Shown here piece by piece: positions 1 through 11,738 of a DNA stretch of 64,000 nt. Both the position numbers and the translations under genes were made by a program. The stretch's first letter is position 1, and each line of letters starts with the position of its first letter. The stretch is from the NCBI GenBank assembly GCA_907165135.1, contig OU015566.1:6138001-6202000 (forward strand), in the 5' to 3' direction. Under the pieces are notes generated by a model. The model was not told the DNA's origin, did no database searches, and saw only the letters and a list, made by a program, of their open reading frames with translations. Source of the stretch: Oikopleura dioica. Taxonomy: Eukaryota > Animalia > Chordata.

Positions 1-801
1 GAGAAAACACTGTTGAGTCCAAAAGTAAAAGGTTGTGTCGGGATCATATGGAATCATTTTGATTAGATTCAGTCTGTATCGCATTCTTTCCTCGGTCTCC
101 TTTGCAAAAGATTTCTTGTCAAATATCGTTTTTGTAACTAGCCGTACAGTGAGCATGACAATGTTCATTTCTTGCTCATCAGAAATACTCTCTTCGGATG
201 ATTCTCTCCGTTTCATGATTCGTCCATTTTCTCGTCCGAAGTAGCTTCTGCAGTTTCCATCAATTACTTCCCTATCACTTTGACCGTTACCATAAAAATC
301 ACATATATTCGCCGCTTCATCATCAGTCACATTTATTTGCGCCGTTGTTTGGGAAGACGAATCCATGAACAAAAGTTCATCCCCGATTCCAAATTTGAAC
401 TTCAGTATTGACTTCAATTCTTCTTCAAACTTTCAATCGGATATATATTTTAGAATAAAAATTCGAATTTACCCAACTGACTTCAATTTCTTCAGCTTGC
501 CAGACAGTCTGAAATCGTGAAAGAACTCTGTTCATTCTCTCTGCTCTTGAGTCCGCTTGGAATGACCGAGCTAGAAGCAACAAAAGTAAAAATCGCATGA
601 CTTCACTTGATTCTCTAAAAATGAGAATGACAGCTGACGAAACTCCAATTTGTTGAAGGTGTGTAGGCCGGTTACTCTACTGCCCTGATTTTCAAAAGCT
701 GCAGCCGGAAATTCAGCGTTTCGATGACAATTGAAGTCTTGTTTGAATGATAACAACTTAATTATTCGGAACAAACCGAGTTGAAAGAGACCGATGAACA
801 A
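1..801 (-). CDS. Multi-exon hypothetical protein, runs off the window start; 5' end uncertain
   Basis: Minus-strand frames join across short GT-AG introns: SVIPSGLKSRERMNRVLSRFQTVWQAEEIEVSW | FEEELKSILKFKFGIGDELLFMDSSSQ...ICDFYGNGQ...YDPDTTFYFWTQQCFL, open to position 1. No family recognised. Confidence 0.45.
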
Positions 802-950
802 TGATTTCAGAGAGAACTTTTCTTGATTATATATTATAATTTATAATAAAAAATCAGCATCGAATAAATTTCTGTCAAGGCTCAATTTTAAAATATATTC
901 TTAATTATTTTCTTTTATTATCCGTCAATATATATAAAAACTTGCACCGT

Positions 951-1460
951 TCATACGAATAACAGTTGCACAGAATTATTTCTAAACCAAGAAAGCGCAG
1001 AATCTTTCCACGAAGGAACGAGTTTAACAGTATTTGCCGCGTGAACCATAAACAGTAAATATGCCTGACTCTCTGGAGCGAGTTCTTTTCCAAGCTCAAG
1101 GACTTTGTTCAGAGGATCAGTGTTTGAGGAACAGCTTTTCATCGCCAATTCAAAGTCGTTGAAAACAGGCTCGAACTTTTCATCCTCAGTGATTTTTTTC
1201 AACCCGGAAACAATATCGTTTATTGCGTTTTCTCTTGAATTTTGTTGATCCGGACCGTCTGTGACGGAAATCCCCATCTTTCCTCTTTCCTTTCTTTTCG
1301 GCTTTTTCTTTGTTTTCTTTTTCGTTTTTATTTTGCCGCAGAAAAAGTTCGGCAGGCAGCTCTTTTTTCCATTCTCTTTGAGAAGCTCAGTTATAGTCTC
1401 TTCAGTATCAGGTGCCTCGCTCATCAGAAGCTCTTCAAAAAGTTCAGCTGACGATTTCAT
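951..1460 (-). CDS. Hypothetical protein (169 aa) with a Lys-rich basic patch
   Basis: ORF track; AG acceptor (ttgaaag) just upstream of the ATG; KIKTKKKTKKKPKRK patch. May have an upstream exon at 1500-1700. Confidence 0.5.
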   Translation of the reverse strand: MKSSAELFEELLMSEAPDTEETITELLKENGKKSCLPNFFCGKIKTKKKTKKKPKRKERGKMGISVTDGPDQQNSRENAINDIVSGLKKITEDEKFEPVFNDFELAMKSCSSNTDPLNKVLELGKELAPESQAYLLFMVHAANTVKLVPSWKDSALSWFRNNSVQLLFV

Positions 1461-1783
1461 GCGCGTTTTTCTCTTTCAATAATTTTGCTATTGAGTAAGT
1501 CTTGTTACTGAGTCTTGTGATCTACGACTGTAACTTATTTCCAAGCGTGTTTTTTGTGTGTTTAATTACGCACGAGACTCGATGGAAAAAAATCCACACG
1601 CTCTTGTCACGGTTTTTCTTCATAAAGTCAAACAAGTCTTCAAACGAGGCCTTTACAATTGAACAAGTCGTTTCTTCAGCCTCTTCTGAAGAACATGAGC
1701 GTTAAAATAGATATTATTTATTTACAAGTTCCTTTTTGCATTTGTGCAAGAAGAAAGAACTTTCAGCAGAAGAAAAGAAGCAT

Positions 1784-3720
1784 TTATCCAAAGTAATTAT
1801 GCAAAGGCTTCTTTGCAAGCTCTTGGCTCACTCGTTCTTCTTCTCTTCTTCGCAATTCGCGCAAAAGCACTAGAAGAGATTAGAGAAATTTTGAACAGGA
1901 AACTGGCTTACTTTTGATGGCTGAGCTTTCACTTTCGGATCCAGATAAGACCTGCTGGCCGACGGTTGGAGGCAAATGGCTGGGGTCGGCAACTCAACTC
2001 AACATGTTGAGTTGAGTAAAGTTGAGTTGAGTTCAACTCAACTCAACTCAACTTTGAAATTTCGGTGTTGAGTTGTTGAGTTTTTGAGTTAAGTTGAGTT
2101 TTGTCAAATGAAAATTGCCTAAAGAATCACGCAAGTTCTAGTGTTTCTCTTCAAAGTATTAAATTTATGAAATTATTAATGTTTTTAATTAAAAATATGC
2201 TTTTTTCAATATTTCTGCTTATTTTACTCGAAATTTGACATAACCAAAAAACTCAACTTCACTCAACTCAACTCAACTCAACTTTGAGTTTTCAAAAGTC
2301 GAACTCAACTCAACTCAACTCGAGATTTTGGTGTTGAGTGCCGACCCCAGGCAAATGGCCGGTAGCTAGGGCGGGTCCGTCGACCTCGGAAATTGATGAT
2401 AAGGAAGCGTTATCGTTTATAACTTCGTTTTCTGAAATTGGCTATTTAAAATTTGGGAGAAAGTTGATGACATTACCTGCTGGGGCTTCTTTTGCCTCAT
2501 CATCTCCTTTTTCGCTTCCTTGAAAATATGAAATGACTCCTTTCGAAATTTCTTTGACCAAAGACGGTTCGTAATTTTCCACTTCTCCTTCACTATCGGT
2601 CGAGTCGGGCTCGGTAGAAGAGCTTTTCGCGTTGCTGAATCTTCGGGCAGAAGGAGGGAGTTTTTCGGAACTCTGGACGAGGGAGACGTTGTCGCCTGTG
2701 ACGGCTTTGATGATGTGCAGTGCGACGAGGGATAGATCGGAGGTGAAGTTTCGGATGTAGCGGAGGAGCGACTCGATGATGTCATAAACTAAAATATTTT
2801 TTAGAAAAAGAGATAAAGCTGTTTTGAACTTGCCAATTGAAATAATCCGAATAACGAGCTGAATCGTGTACAAAACCAAAACCGCGACACTGGAGCAAGA
2901 AATAATCGCCACGCGAAAAACGGTCCAAATCACTTGAGCTATTTTCTTCGCCACTTTGATCGAAAAATCCAGCGCTTGATCGGAAAACGTCTTGGTCGTT
3001 TTCGCAACGAACTGGCCAGCATCGAGGGTCATGTCGACGGCTTTGAGGGGTAAAAACAGTTTTGGGTTTTTGGAACTCAAAACTGCTTTAAATACCCCTG
3101 CCTGGAATGGCCGAGCGGTAGAGGAAGGTGTGCTCGGTTTCGAATTCCGAGTCGGAGAGCACTTTCATGTTCAGTTTTTCTTGAGCTAAACAGAAGAAAA
3201 AATAAGATTCGCCCTTTTCAAGCTTATGAATTTTACCTTCCCGAATAGCTTGTTTTTTCTTCCTCATTCTTGATCCTGGTTTATCAATGTAAGAATCGAC
3301 GACCTTCTGCTCATCGAGAATTTCCGGCAGCTTGCGCACCCGTTCGCGGATATCGCCCTGCCCAAAGATCAGCAGAATAAAGTCTTTTAGCAGACTGGAG
3401 AAGATCAGCCTCACTGTCATTATCAACGCGGTTTTGGTGTCGTTGAAGTAAAAGTTTCTTTTCAGAAAGTCTTTTTCAAGGTCAGAAATTTTCAGGAAAC
3501 TCGGGTTTTTAAAGGAAGTTTATAAAGATTTTTCTGCCCGTTCCTAAAAGCCATCTTGGTCTTGTATTGCGCTTGAAAAACAGCATGCGAGTAGGTTCTT
3601 GTTCGCCCACCAAAAAGTCAGATATGAAGCACGAGTTGAGAAATATTATAAGTACAATCGAGGCGTGTATGCTTTTATGCAGAGGCTTGACCACTTTTTT
3701 GCCTGCTGCTTCCACTTTTC
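1784..3720 (-). CDS. Multi-exon hypothetical membrane protein with a MITE inside a late exon
   Basis: ORFs 3509-3715, 3088-3426 and 2442-3080 (hydrophobic segment VAIISCSSVAVLVLYTIQLVI). After a short intron the frame reads ENEVINDNASLSSISEVDGPALATGHLP, is interrupted by the MITE, resumes PTVGQQVLSGSESESSAIK, crosses a 42-nt GT-AG intron and ends MLLRELRRREEERVSQELAKKPLHNYFG*. Confidence 0.6.
1980..2350. mobile_element. hAT-like MITE filled with (AACTC)n/(GAGTT)n pentamers
   Basis: TIRs ctggggtcggca...tgccgaccccag; direct repeat ggcaaatggc at 1971-1980 and 2350-2359 (a 10-bp TSD, or an 8-bp TSD gcaaatgg if the terminal C/G belong to the TIR). Confidence 0.85.
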
Positions 3721-4044
3721 TAAAAAATGATCTTTCTCGAAATCAAGGAAGAAAATTGAGGCAAAACCTGAAAGTTTCTGATTTTGTCGGAATTAATTTT
3801 TTGAGTCCTCGCATTTTTTCTGAAATCATCTTCTTCTTTGATTTATTACACGGCAAATTTTCTTATTTTTCGTGGTTACTTTCCACGGCTCTTTTTAAAA
3901 CTGACTTATTTTTGGGAGAAGTGAAAACAACAACGGGGGCTCTAGAAACTTTCAGAACCACAAATTCGCATTTTTCATCCAAAAACCTAGAAAATACGAC
4001 ATTTTCAGCGCGTAAGAGAGTTTTTTGCGAAAATTCTTCGCTCG

Positions 4045-4182
4045 GAAACCTGTGTAGAAAACCTGAGTCAGGGTCTGAAAGATCTTTAATGAAAAGTCGG
4101 CTAAGCTTTTTTAAAAAAGCCGCGAATCGGTTTTTCATTAAAGATTTTTCAGACCCTGAGTCAGGTTTTCTACACAGGTTTC
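4045..4182. repeat. Hairpin / inverted repeat with ~51-bp arms (probable MITE remnant)
   Basis: gaaacctgtgtagaaaacctgagtcagggtctgaaagatctttaatgaaaa pairs with ttttcattaaagatttttcagaccctgagtcaggttttctacacaggtttc (about 2 mismatches). Confidence 0.85.
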
Positions 4183-4634
4183 TAAGCCCCGGGGAAACAT
4201 AGGAAGACTTTTTGGTCAGTACTTTTGATGGTCAAAATCTCCGCTTGAAATTAGCTGAGAAAGTAAAACTCATTCCAATTTGTGAAAAACAAATTCCCCA
4301 GCCTTTCAAATCTGTTTGCGCAAACATCGATCTTGAATTTCGCGCTCTCCCAGAACTCCAGAACTATTTGCATAGCCAAAGTAGGAGCTCGCTATCTGGA
4401 ACTGCATCTTTCATACCTTGGCGGGGTATCTTTCTATTCACTGTTTGAATTTGCAATCATGATATGCGCGCAGCTGGATATCGCAGCGCACAAATTTCAA
4501 TTTTCGCGCAGCAGATTTTTTCGTTGAACTGACGCCCGGGGGCGCTATCAGCACTCGCCGCCGGGTATTTATGCCGCCCCCAAAAGCGGAAATAGCAAAA
4601 TCAGTAATTACACAATCAGAAATCGTCATCAATT

Positions 4635-5974
4635 ATGACTTACTCGACCGAATCTTCTTCTTTTTCCGAGCAAGTTCTCAGCGGACTCGTTCCTACTACC
4701 GAGATTCCTCCTATTTGCACAACTCCACCAGCAGCCATCAAAATTGAGGTAAAGTTCAGAGATATTTCTCCTAGCTTTTTTGAAAGAAAATCATCAAAAA
4801 GCCGCCTGCGGCTGCTTAGCACAACTAGAATTAATAATAGAATCAACAATGTTGAATAAAAACTCCTTTTTCTAACCATCTTTTCTTTCAGGCAGCGAGC
4901 TACTCCTGCGACTGGGTAGAACACGGCGCGGAATGCAACCTCGAGTGGCCAAGCATGGCGGAATTCGTCGAGCACGTCGTGGAACAACACATGATGGAAT
5001 CTCCAAACGGCGAGTACTTCTGCTTCTGGAACAACTGCCCCCGCTTCGGAACTCCCTTCAAGGCCAAGTACAAGCTCGTCAATCACATGCGCGTCCACAC
5101 CGGCGAGAAACCCTTCAGCTGCAACACTTGCGACAAGAGCTTTGCCAGGAGCGAGAACTTGAAGATCCACAAACGAGTCCACACTGGCGACAAACCCTTC
5201 ATCTGCCCACATCCAGGTAAAAACTCAAAATTGAAAATCAAATTTAAAAATCAGGGAATATTTTCAATATTCTTATTTTTTCTTTCTCTCAAAATTGTCT
5301 ATTTCAGGTTGCGGCCGCGCCTTCTCCAATTCTTCCGACCGAAAGAAGCACCAGAACGTCCACCAGAAAGGCGTACTCATGTGCCCGATTCTCGGCTGTG
5401 ACCGAAGCTACTCCCATCCTTCTTCGATGCGAAAACACCTGAAAACTCACGGCGCAGCAGCGAAAGGAGTTCCTCTTCCTCAGCGAATTCTCGAAGGAAG
5501 CAGCCAGCTCAACCAACAGATTCATCAGGTAAAAATTTCTCCACCTCTTTCGCATTATAACAATCGTTCTAGGGAATCCAGAGCCTCGTCGACCCAGCAT
5601 ACCTCCACAATCAGCATCCTCCACATCCACTTCAGCCGATGGGCTCTCCTCACTCAGCCGGCTCCGGCTCTCCTCCTCCGTTTCATCCCTTCCCGCTCTA
5701 CCAACACCCAGCCAGCTTCATCAACACTTCGGCAGACTCTGGCCTCGCCTCCTCGCCAAACCAGTCGATGGGTTCTCCAGGCTCGACCGAAAATCAACCT
5801 CCTTACTGGACTCCTTTCCTCAGCGAGCTGAACTCTGCCGATGCCCCTCCTGCAGCTCCTCAGCAGCAATTCCCCTTCTGGCCGGTTCCAGCTCCAGCTC
5901 AGCAGATGAACCATTTCTGGCGAAATCTTCACAACCACAGCAATGGCGAAACGACCGTTCCATCCGTCTACTAG
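4635..5974 (+). CDS. zic: Zic-family C2H2 zinc-finger transcription factor (5 fingers, 4 exons)
   Basis: Spliced translation gives [10 protein letters not shown]...[89 protein letters not shown]: diagnostic Zic finger sequences. Introns at about 4749-4890, 5218-5307 and 5529-5571. Confidence 0.93.
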
Positions 5975-6328
5975 ACAGCTCATCCTCCGAAGCCTATTTA
6001 TTTTTTATTCTAAACCTTTTTTTTTCTATCAAAAACTGCCATTGATATATTTTCCTTTTATTTTCGTCTTTCTTCATTTTCTGTAAATAATTTGATCAAA
6101 AATATAAAATCCGAAAAAAAGCCAATTTGTAAAAATTTATTCTTTTCTCCGTTTTCCAGATTTTTTCCAGCAGGCGGAGGACCTTCCGCGCGCTCCCATA
6201 AAAAAGAGTCCTCCGGCAGTTAGAGATGAGAGAAATCCAAGAATTTATAATTTTTAGATTTGATGATAGTTTTTACCTGTACGATCATAGATATAGAAAA
6301 AATTTTTAGAGAAAATTGTTTTAGAAAA

Positions 6329-7466
6329 ATGGGAAGAGTCAATGACAAATTGCGCTGGGTCAAAAGATATTTGAAGAGGACTGGTAAACTAAAGACGCTT
6401 GTAGAACTGGACAAAGATATAAAAGAAAAGCTAAAGAAAGGTTCATTCCGGTTATCTGCGTAAAAATAAGCGCTTTTAAGACGACAGGGAATCTTCCAAG
6501 CCCAGCTTCAAGATTACGAAGAATCAGGATAGAAAGAATAAAGAAGATCGCCATGAAAAGAAGGATAAGCAAAAAAGGGAGAGGGTCGACGAGTCACTGA
6601 CTGATAAGAAGCAGACAGGTTGAAGAAGCTCTTCCTTCTTATTTCCATTAATTTTTTTAGATGATAACAAGCCAGTGAGGCTGAGTTTTACGATACAGAA
6701 AGCGCCAGAAAGAAAAAAATTCGAGTTTGAGCCAGCTAAACCGAAGAAAAAAGAGTTGAAAAAGGATACCGAAGAGCCTAAAATTGTCACCATTCCAAAG
6801 GATTTTAAGAAGATTGCCAAGAAGTTTGGACTGCCGCAAGATCACCTAGAATTCTTCTATGAATACAGAGAATCATTCAACTGGGAAATCAAAGAAAAAA
6901 TCATCGTTCATTGCACCGAGCCTGGTTGTAAATTGAATGTCAATAAAGCCGAAGGTTGTCTGACTGACCATATGATCTCTGTTCACAATTATACAGATAT
7001 TCCTTGTGGAAAAACTGACTGTTCATACATCGCTTTTTCTCGGAAGAACTTAAACTTGCATCATTGTCGTTTTCATGGGCACGGCCAGATACCTTCAAAA
7101 TTTGCGAGCTTTTCTTGTCCGATTCCCTCGTGCAAAATTGCTTTCACGGATAGGAAGAATTTAAAAGATCACGTTAACACTCATAAAAATATAGTATATT
7201 CTTGTAACTTTTGTCCTTACCGCGCTGTAAAGTATATTTGTTTGTTCTCTCACCTAAAATCCCACTTCAATATCAAAGATTTTGAGTGTGAAATTTGTTC
7301 TCGTCAATTTAAATCTCTTAGCGATTTAAACAAACATAAAAATTATACCCATAATACTGAAGGATTTCAATGTAAACACTGTAGCTTTACAAGCCAAAAA
7401 CACCGGGCCTTTATGGAACATGTTAAATCATGCACAGAACGGCTCAAACACTCGAGACTTCTCTGA
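6329..7466 (+). CDS. Multi-C2H2 zinc-finger protein with a possible LisH-like N-terminal helix
   Basis: Three exons joined by short GT-AG introns; repeated C-x2-4-C...H-x3-4-H units in ORF 6675-7466; N-terminus LRWVKRYLKRTGKLKTLVELDK. Confidence 0.85.
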
Positions 7467-7527
7467 TCAGATTGAATATATCGATAAAGCATACTTTTTA
7501 AAAAATATCTCAAGTCCTTTATTCAAG

Positions 7528-8301
7528 ATGATCGTATTCGTACAGTCGCTCGCTTTATGTCTAATCTGCATCTTCGCTCTTGAGAAATCCCGCCAAGTGT
7601 AAGTCCTTCCTCTCAACTTTCCATTCTTTAACTCTTCTAGTGATGTTTTGCTTTCAAAGCAAACCCGCCAACAGCTAGAATTCCAATCTGGCGTGGGTCA
7701 ACTTCGCTTCGAAATCTCCTCTCTCGAGAATGAGATTTCAAAATTGACAGAAAAAAGCACCCGCTGCGACGAAAATCTTCGTTCTCTGAAGAAAGACAAT
7801 GAAGATCTCGTTTCGAAGCTCAAGAAATCGTGTCTCAGGTGTCAAAAATCAAGAGCAAGATTGGAAAAACAACGATTTCGCTTCACTGTCAAAGTTTTTG
7901 TCCAAAAAGAAGTTCCTCTTCATCAAGGAAAGTCTCAAAATCTCTCATTGCAAAAAAAAGTTTGTCAAATTTTGAGCCTTCAAAAAGAAGCGCTAGAATC
8001 GCTGGAATCGCGCGTTTCCCAGCTCCGCCAAATCGCTCTCGAAGTCGAAAACGACATTTTGAAGAAGTTTACTAACCTGACCCATAAGCTGCACAAAGAA
8101 AAGTCTTCGCACATTCTCCTCAATCAAAAAAGCTGTCCTCTCACCCAAATCTCTTCAACTAACAAAATCAACCAAAGTCGCCAAAACGAAAATTCCGAAC
8201 TCCCCGACTTTGCCTCTGAATATTGTGGAGCTACTGTTATTAAAGAAAAAGGAACCTACAAAAGCTTTGGGCTTGGAAGACTCATGCTAAGGAACAGTTG
8301 A
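7528..8301 (+). CDS. Coiled-coil protein with a hydrophobic N-terminal signal/anchor
   Basis: MIVFVQSLALCLICIFALEK, a short GT-AG intron, then the heptad-rich ORF 7648-8301. Confidence 0.65.
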
Positions 8302-9427
8302 TATATTTTTTTATTTCCAAAATTTGGACATCAGAATCTCTCTTTCCATTTTCAATCAAGAACTCAATAATTTTTCTCTGAATTCAGCCATGTGAAACTG
8401 CAGGTTCGCGACGGTGGTCGCCTCGCCCAACTCAATTTTTGAATTTCGAATTGAGAACCGGGTTTATTTCCTAGTCCGATGTTTAACAGTGTTATAGTAA
8501 TTTTTTCAGCCCTCTTTAGGGCTCGTTTCTTTTCAACTAAAAAAAAGCTCGCCTTCGCGCTTCGCTTTGAATCCTGACAACGCTCCTGGAAAATGCTGGC
8601 CCTGCCGACCACCATGCGAGCTGGAACTTCATCTTTGCTTTCCTACAGTTGTTTCCGCCTTTACTGTTCATCACATTCCTCAGGCGATTTCTCCAAGTCC
8701 TTATGGTCAAGGCTCAAAACGCAAAATTGATTGATGGATCTCTCTATCTCTAGAATTCTTTAAGCAACAAAGTTTTGAGCCCCGAAAAGAATCACATCTG
8801 CGCCGCGGGAGATTAAACTTCACGTAAGTAATTCCACCTTATCCGCCACTTACGACATCAACGGCCCGTCGAGACAAACCTTCCACTTTCCTCACCCCTT
8901 TTCAAAATCGGAGAAAGTTCAAAGCGTCAAATTGACGTTTTCGTCAAATTGGGGTCATCCAGAAGTTGCTTGTGTTTACAAAATTGATATTCACTGACAT
9001 TGTTGACATTTTTTGCCTTTTTTTAATTGTTTCGCTCCAGTGTTGTTCCTAAACTGCCTCATTTTTTCCTATCAAAAAGGACAGACGTTTCTGCCTTACA
9101 GCGAGAATTGAATTTGTTTGCTTTAGCTTTTCTTCTGCAAATATCCCAGAATTCAGAAAAAAGTCAACTTTTAGTCAGTGAACTTAAATTAGAAATCTAA
9201 ATACTTATTTTTAGCTTTTCTGATTTTTTTGTCTATTCTTTCCTATCTTTTGTGCAATAAAGGCGCATTATTTTCAACCTCTTAACAATACAAAAAAATA
9301 GGACTCCAGCGCGATATTTTCACTAAAACACCTCATTTTTCAACTTATTCGCTTTATCATCATTTTATTTAATTTTAATAGACCAAACCTCGAATCAATT
9401 AAAAAACCAACCCTATTTCCTTTCAGA

Positions 9428-10317
9428 ATGGAGCAGACACCACCGACCAACAATTTACCTCAAGCTGCTTTGCTCTATTCTGTTTCTCAGTCGAAAACGC
9501 CGCTCTGGCAATTCGAGCCAGAAGCAACCGCCGAAAAGAAAGAGCTGCCAAAGAAAGGAATGGCCAAGACCTTCCACGAAAAGCTCTTTGGCCTCGATTT
9601 TGACCGCTACATCAGCGAAAATGCCTATGATCTTTTTCGGCCAAAGAATGGAGCGCCCGTGGACTTTCTAGTTGCGCTCTATTCCGCAGCTTGTTCGAAA
9701 AGATTTCCAGCGATCTTTTGGAACGACTCGGATCATGAATGGTTTCTTGTCAATTTTCCACTGTAAGTTTTTAGTCCTGGAATAGCAGTTTTCTATGGCT
9801 CTTATAGGAAGAGTGCTTCTTTGAGATTTATAGCCAATCAAAAGACCCCATTCTTTATCTGAGCCAATAAAAAGCCAGCATTCTTTGTAGCAGCCGATCA
9901 ACTACCATCCTAGGGTGTCTGATTGGCCAAATCAGAGAATACTGGCTTCTCATTGGCAAAACCAAAGAATGAAGGTTTTTAATGGCTGAGAATATCCATA
10001 GAATGCTCATTTTATTCAACATTCATTCGGAATGAATCATTCCAACATTCATCTTTCAGACTTGGACGATGCTGCCGCTCTTGCTCTCCAACAGGAACAG
10101 CAGAAATCGACGCCTTCAAACGCTGGATGGAAGTGATCGGCTTTCATCGAGTAGAAGAAGCAGAATTTCCCGGGCCTCATCTTTTGCGTTCTTCCACCCA
10201 GATTTCAAAGAAAATGAAGTTCTTCTTCTCGCCCGACTCGTCGAAAAGCGCAAGAAAACTGGTTGCGAAGAGAATTTGAATTACATCGACCAAATTTTCA
10301 AATCTAATCGACTCTAG
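9428..10317 (+). CDS. Divergent HSF-type DNA-binding-domain gene with one apparent frameshift
   Basis: tttcag|aATG start. FLVALYSAACSKRFPAIFWNDSDHEWFLVNFP, intron ~9764-10058, then AFKRWMEVIGFHRV and FHPDFKENEVLLLARLVEKRK, resembling HSF motifs SFVRQLNMYGFRKV and FQHPCFLRGQEQLLENIKRK. The last two motifs are in different frames (shift near 10170-10180). Confidence 0.65.
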
Positions 10318-10460
10318 CTCCTTTCATTTCGCATCTTCCCTTTTTAATAAACTTCAAAGCCTATTCTACACTGAAAAATACAAGAAAATTCTGAAACAAT
10401 CATTTGGAAAATTTGATCAATTAAAAAAAGTATTGAAAATGAGCTTCTTCTTGAAGACAA

Positions 10461-11369
10461 ATGGCGGCGACGGACAACAAAGTTTCTGTTGTCCTGCTCG
10501 GGCTGGGTGGAGTCGGAAAAAGTTGCATCTGTTTGAAATTGACGCAGCCAAGCCAGGAAATTCCACATGAGCACATCATAACGCCCTGGACAGACACGTG
10601 AGTAAAATTTGAGGAGATTCTTGAAGGGCGATCTGGGCTTGGCAACCTGTGTAGAAAATCACACATTTTCAGCTTTCAACACAGAGTGTACCTGCGAAGA
10701 GGAAAATCAGTGCTTCTGGAAATCGACGACACTGCCGGCCAAGAGGAAATGCGAGCTTTATCCGAGGTCAAGCTCGACAACAAAGATGCAGGCTCGTTTT
10801 CAAGAGCTATTTTCTGAAATTCGGAAAGGCAATTTGTTTGAAAACGAGGGAAAAAGTGATTCTAGTGCTCTCGCTAAGCGACGAGGAAAGTTTGGACACG
10901 GCGGCGAGATGGTTCGAGAAAGCAAGAGAGAAATATTTGAGGACCCAGAGAGAGGCGGCGCAGCAAGGGAAAACGCCCAAGAAGAGCAAAGGCGTCGAGA
11001 GACCCTTGCCAATTGTTGTAGGAACGGGTATTTACAAGCCGGAGTGAATTCGATGAGTAACAGGGCTTTTCTTTCCATATAAAATTGCTAGTGATTGAAA
11101 CCTTGCTTGAAATACCCGCGAAAAAGCCTGTAATAAATGCGATCTGAGTGGGAACGAAATCAGAGTCACCAGGGAAACGATTTCAGAGAGGATACAGATT
11201 CCTGAGAATCAGGTGCTACCCCTTAAATCTCCATTCTTCATTCCCTTTTCTTCAGATAATTTACACGTCAGCAAAGACGAACCAAAACGTCGAATTATTG
11301 TTCAAAACGGCGGCAGAGCTTGTCCTGAACACTGGTGCAAGAGACAGTCATAACTGTATGATAATGTGA
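10461..11369 (+). CDS. Ras-superfamily small GTPase with CAAX box
   Basis: G1 GLGGVGKS, G3 DTAGQEE, G4 NKCD, G5 SAK, C-terminal CMIM*. Assembly needs a GC-AG intron (10792-10856) and a GA-AG intron (11022-11126) plus two GT-AG introns. Confidence 0.88.
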
Positions 11370-11738
11370 TTATTATATGTGTATTAATTACTAATATTAT
11401 TAAATATGTACAAAGCGACCGTTGATGCTATCTTTTCTTTTACTACAACTTATTTTAACAATTTCAACTTTTAACCCATTTTTGAAATTCCATCTTCAGT
11501 TAAAAAAACTTTTCTTTGAACTTTTAATTTAACAAAAATTTAAACTCTCTTTTAAATTATCACTCGTGCCTACCAGGTAGTCATGAGGAGCTAGAACTTT
11601 CAAAGGGGACTCTCCCTTCTTCTATTCTAGCGTGTTCCCTTCTGCGCCCGAATCCAAAAAAGGGTTCTTTCAATCCAATAATGAAATCAGCAAAAAATAA
11701 GCCTCCTTTTAATTCTATGAAAATCGTTTTTTCAAAGA

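Noticed and set aside
1996-2340. CRISPR-like or telomeric repeat array
   Set aside because: Repeats are 5-bp units without unique spacers, bounded by TIRs and a TSD; eukaryotic context.
3567-4202. 211-aa ORF as a gene
   Set aside because: TTG start, overlaps an antisense exon and a DNA hairpin; its internal peptide repeat (KPESG...) just reflects the palindrome.
4640-5212. 190-aa minus-strand ORF
   Set aside because: Antisense shadow of the Zic zinc-finger exon; no motifs of its own.
8364-8900. Possible small minus-strand gene
   Set aside because: Several short frames, but no coherent exon chain or motif.
10344-10666. Minus-strand ORFs that first looked like a separate gene
   Set aside because: They are the antisense of the Ras-like exons, which carry all the G-motifs on the plus strand.
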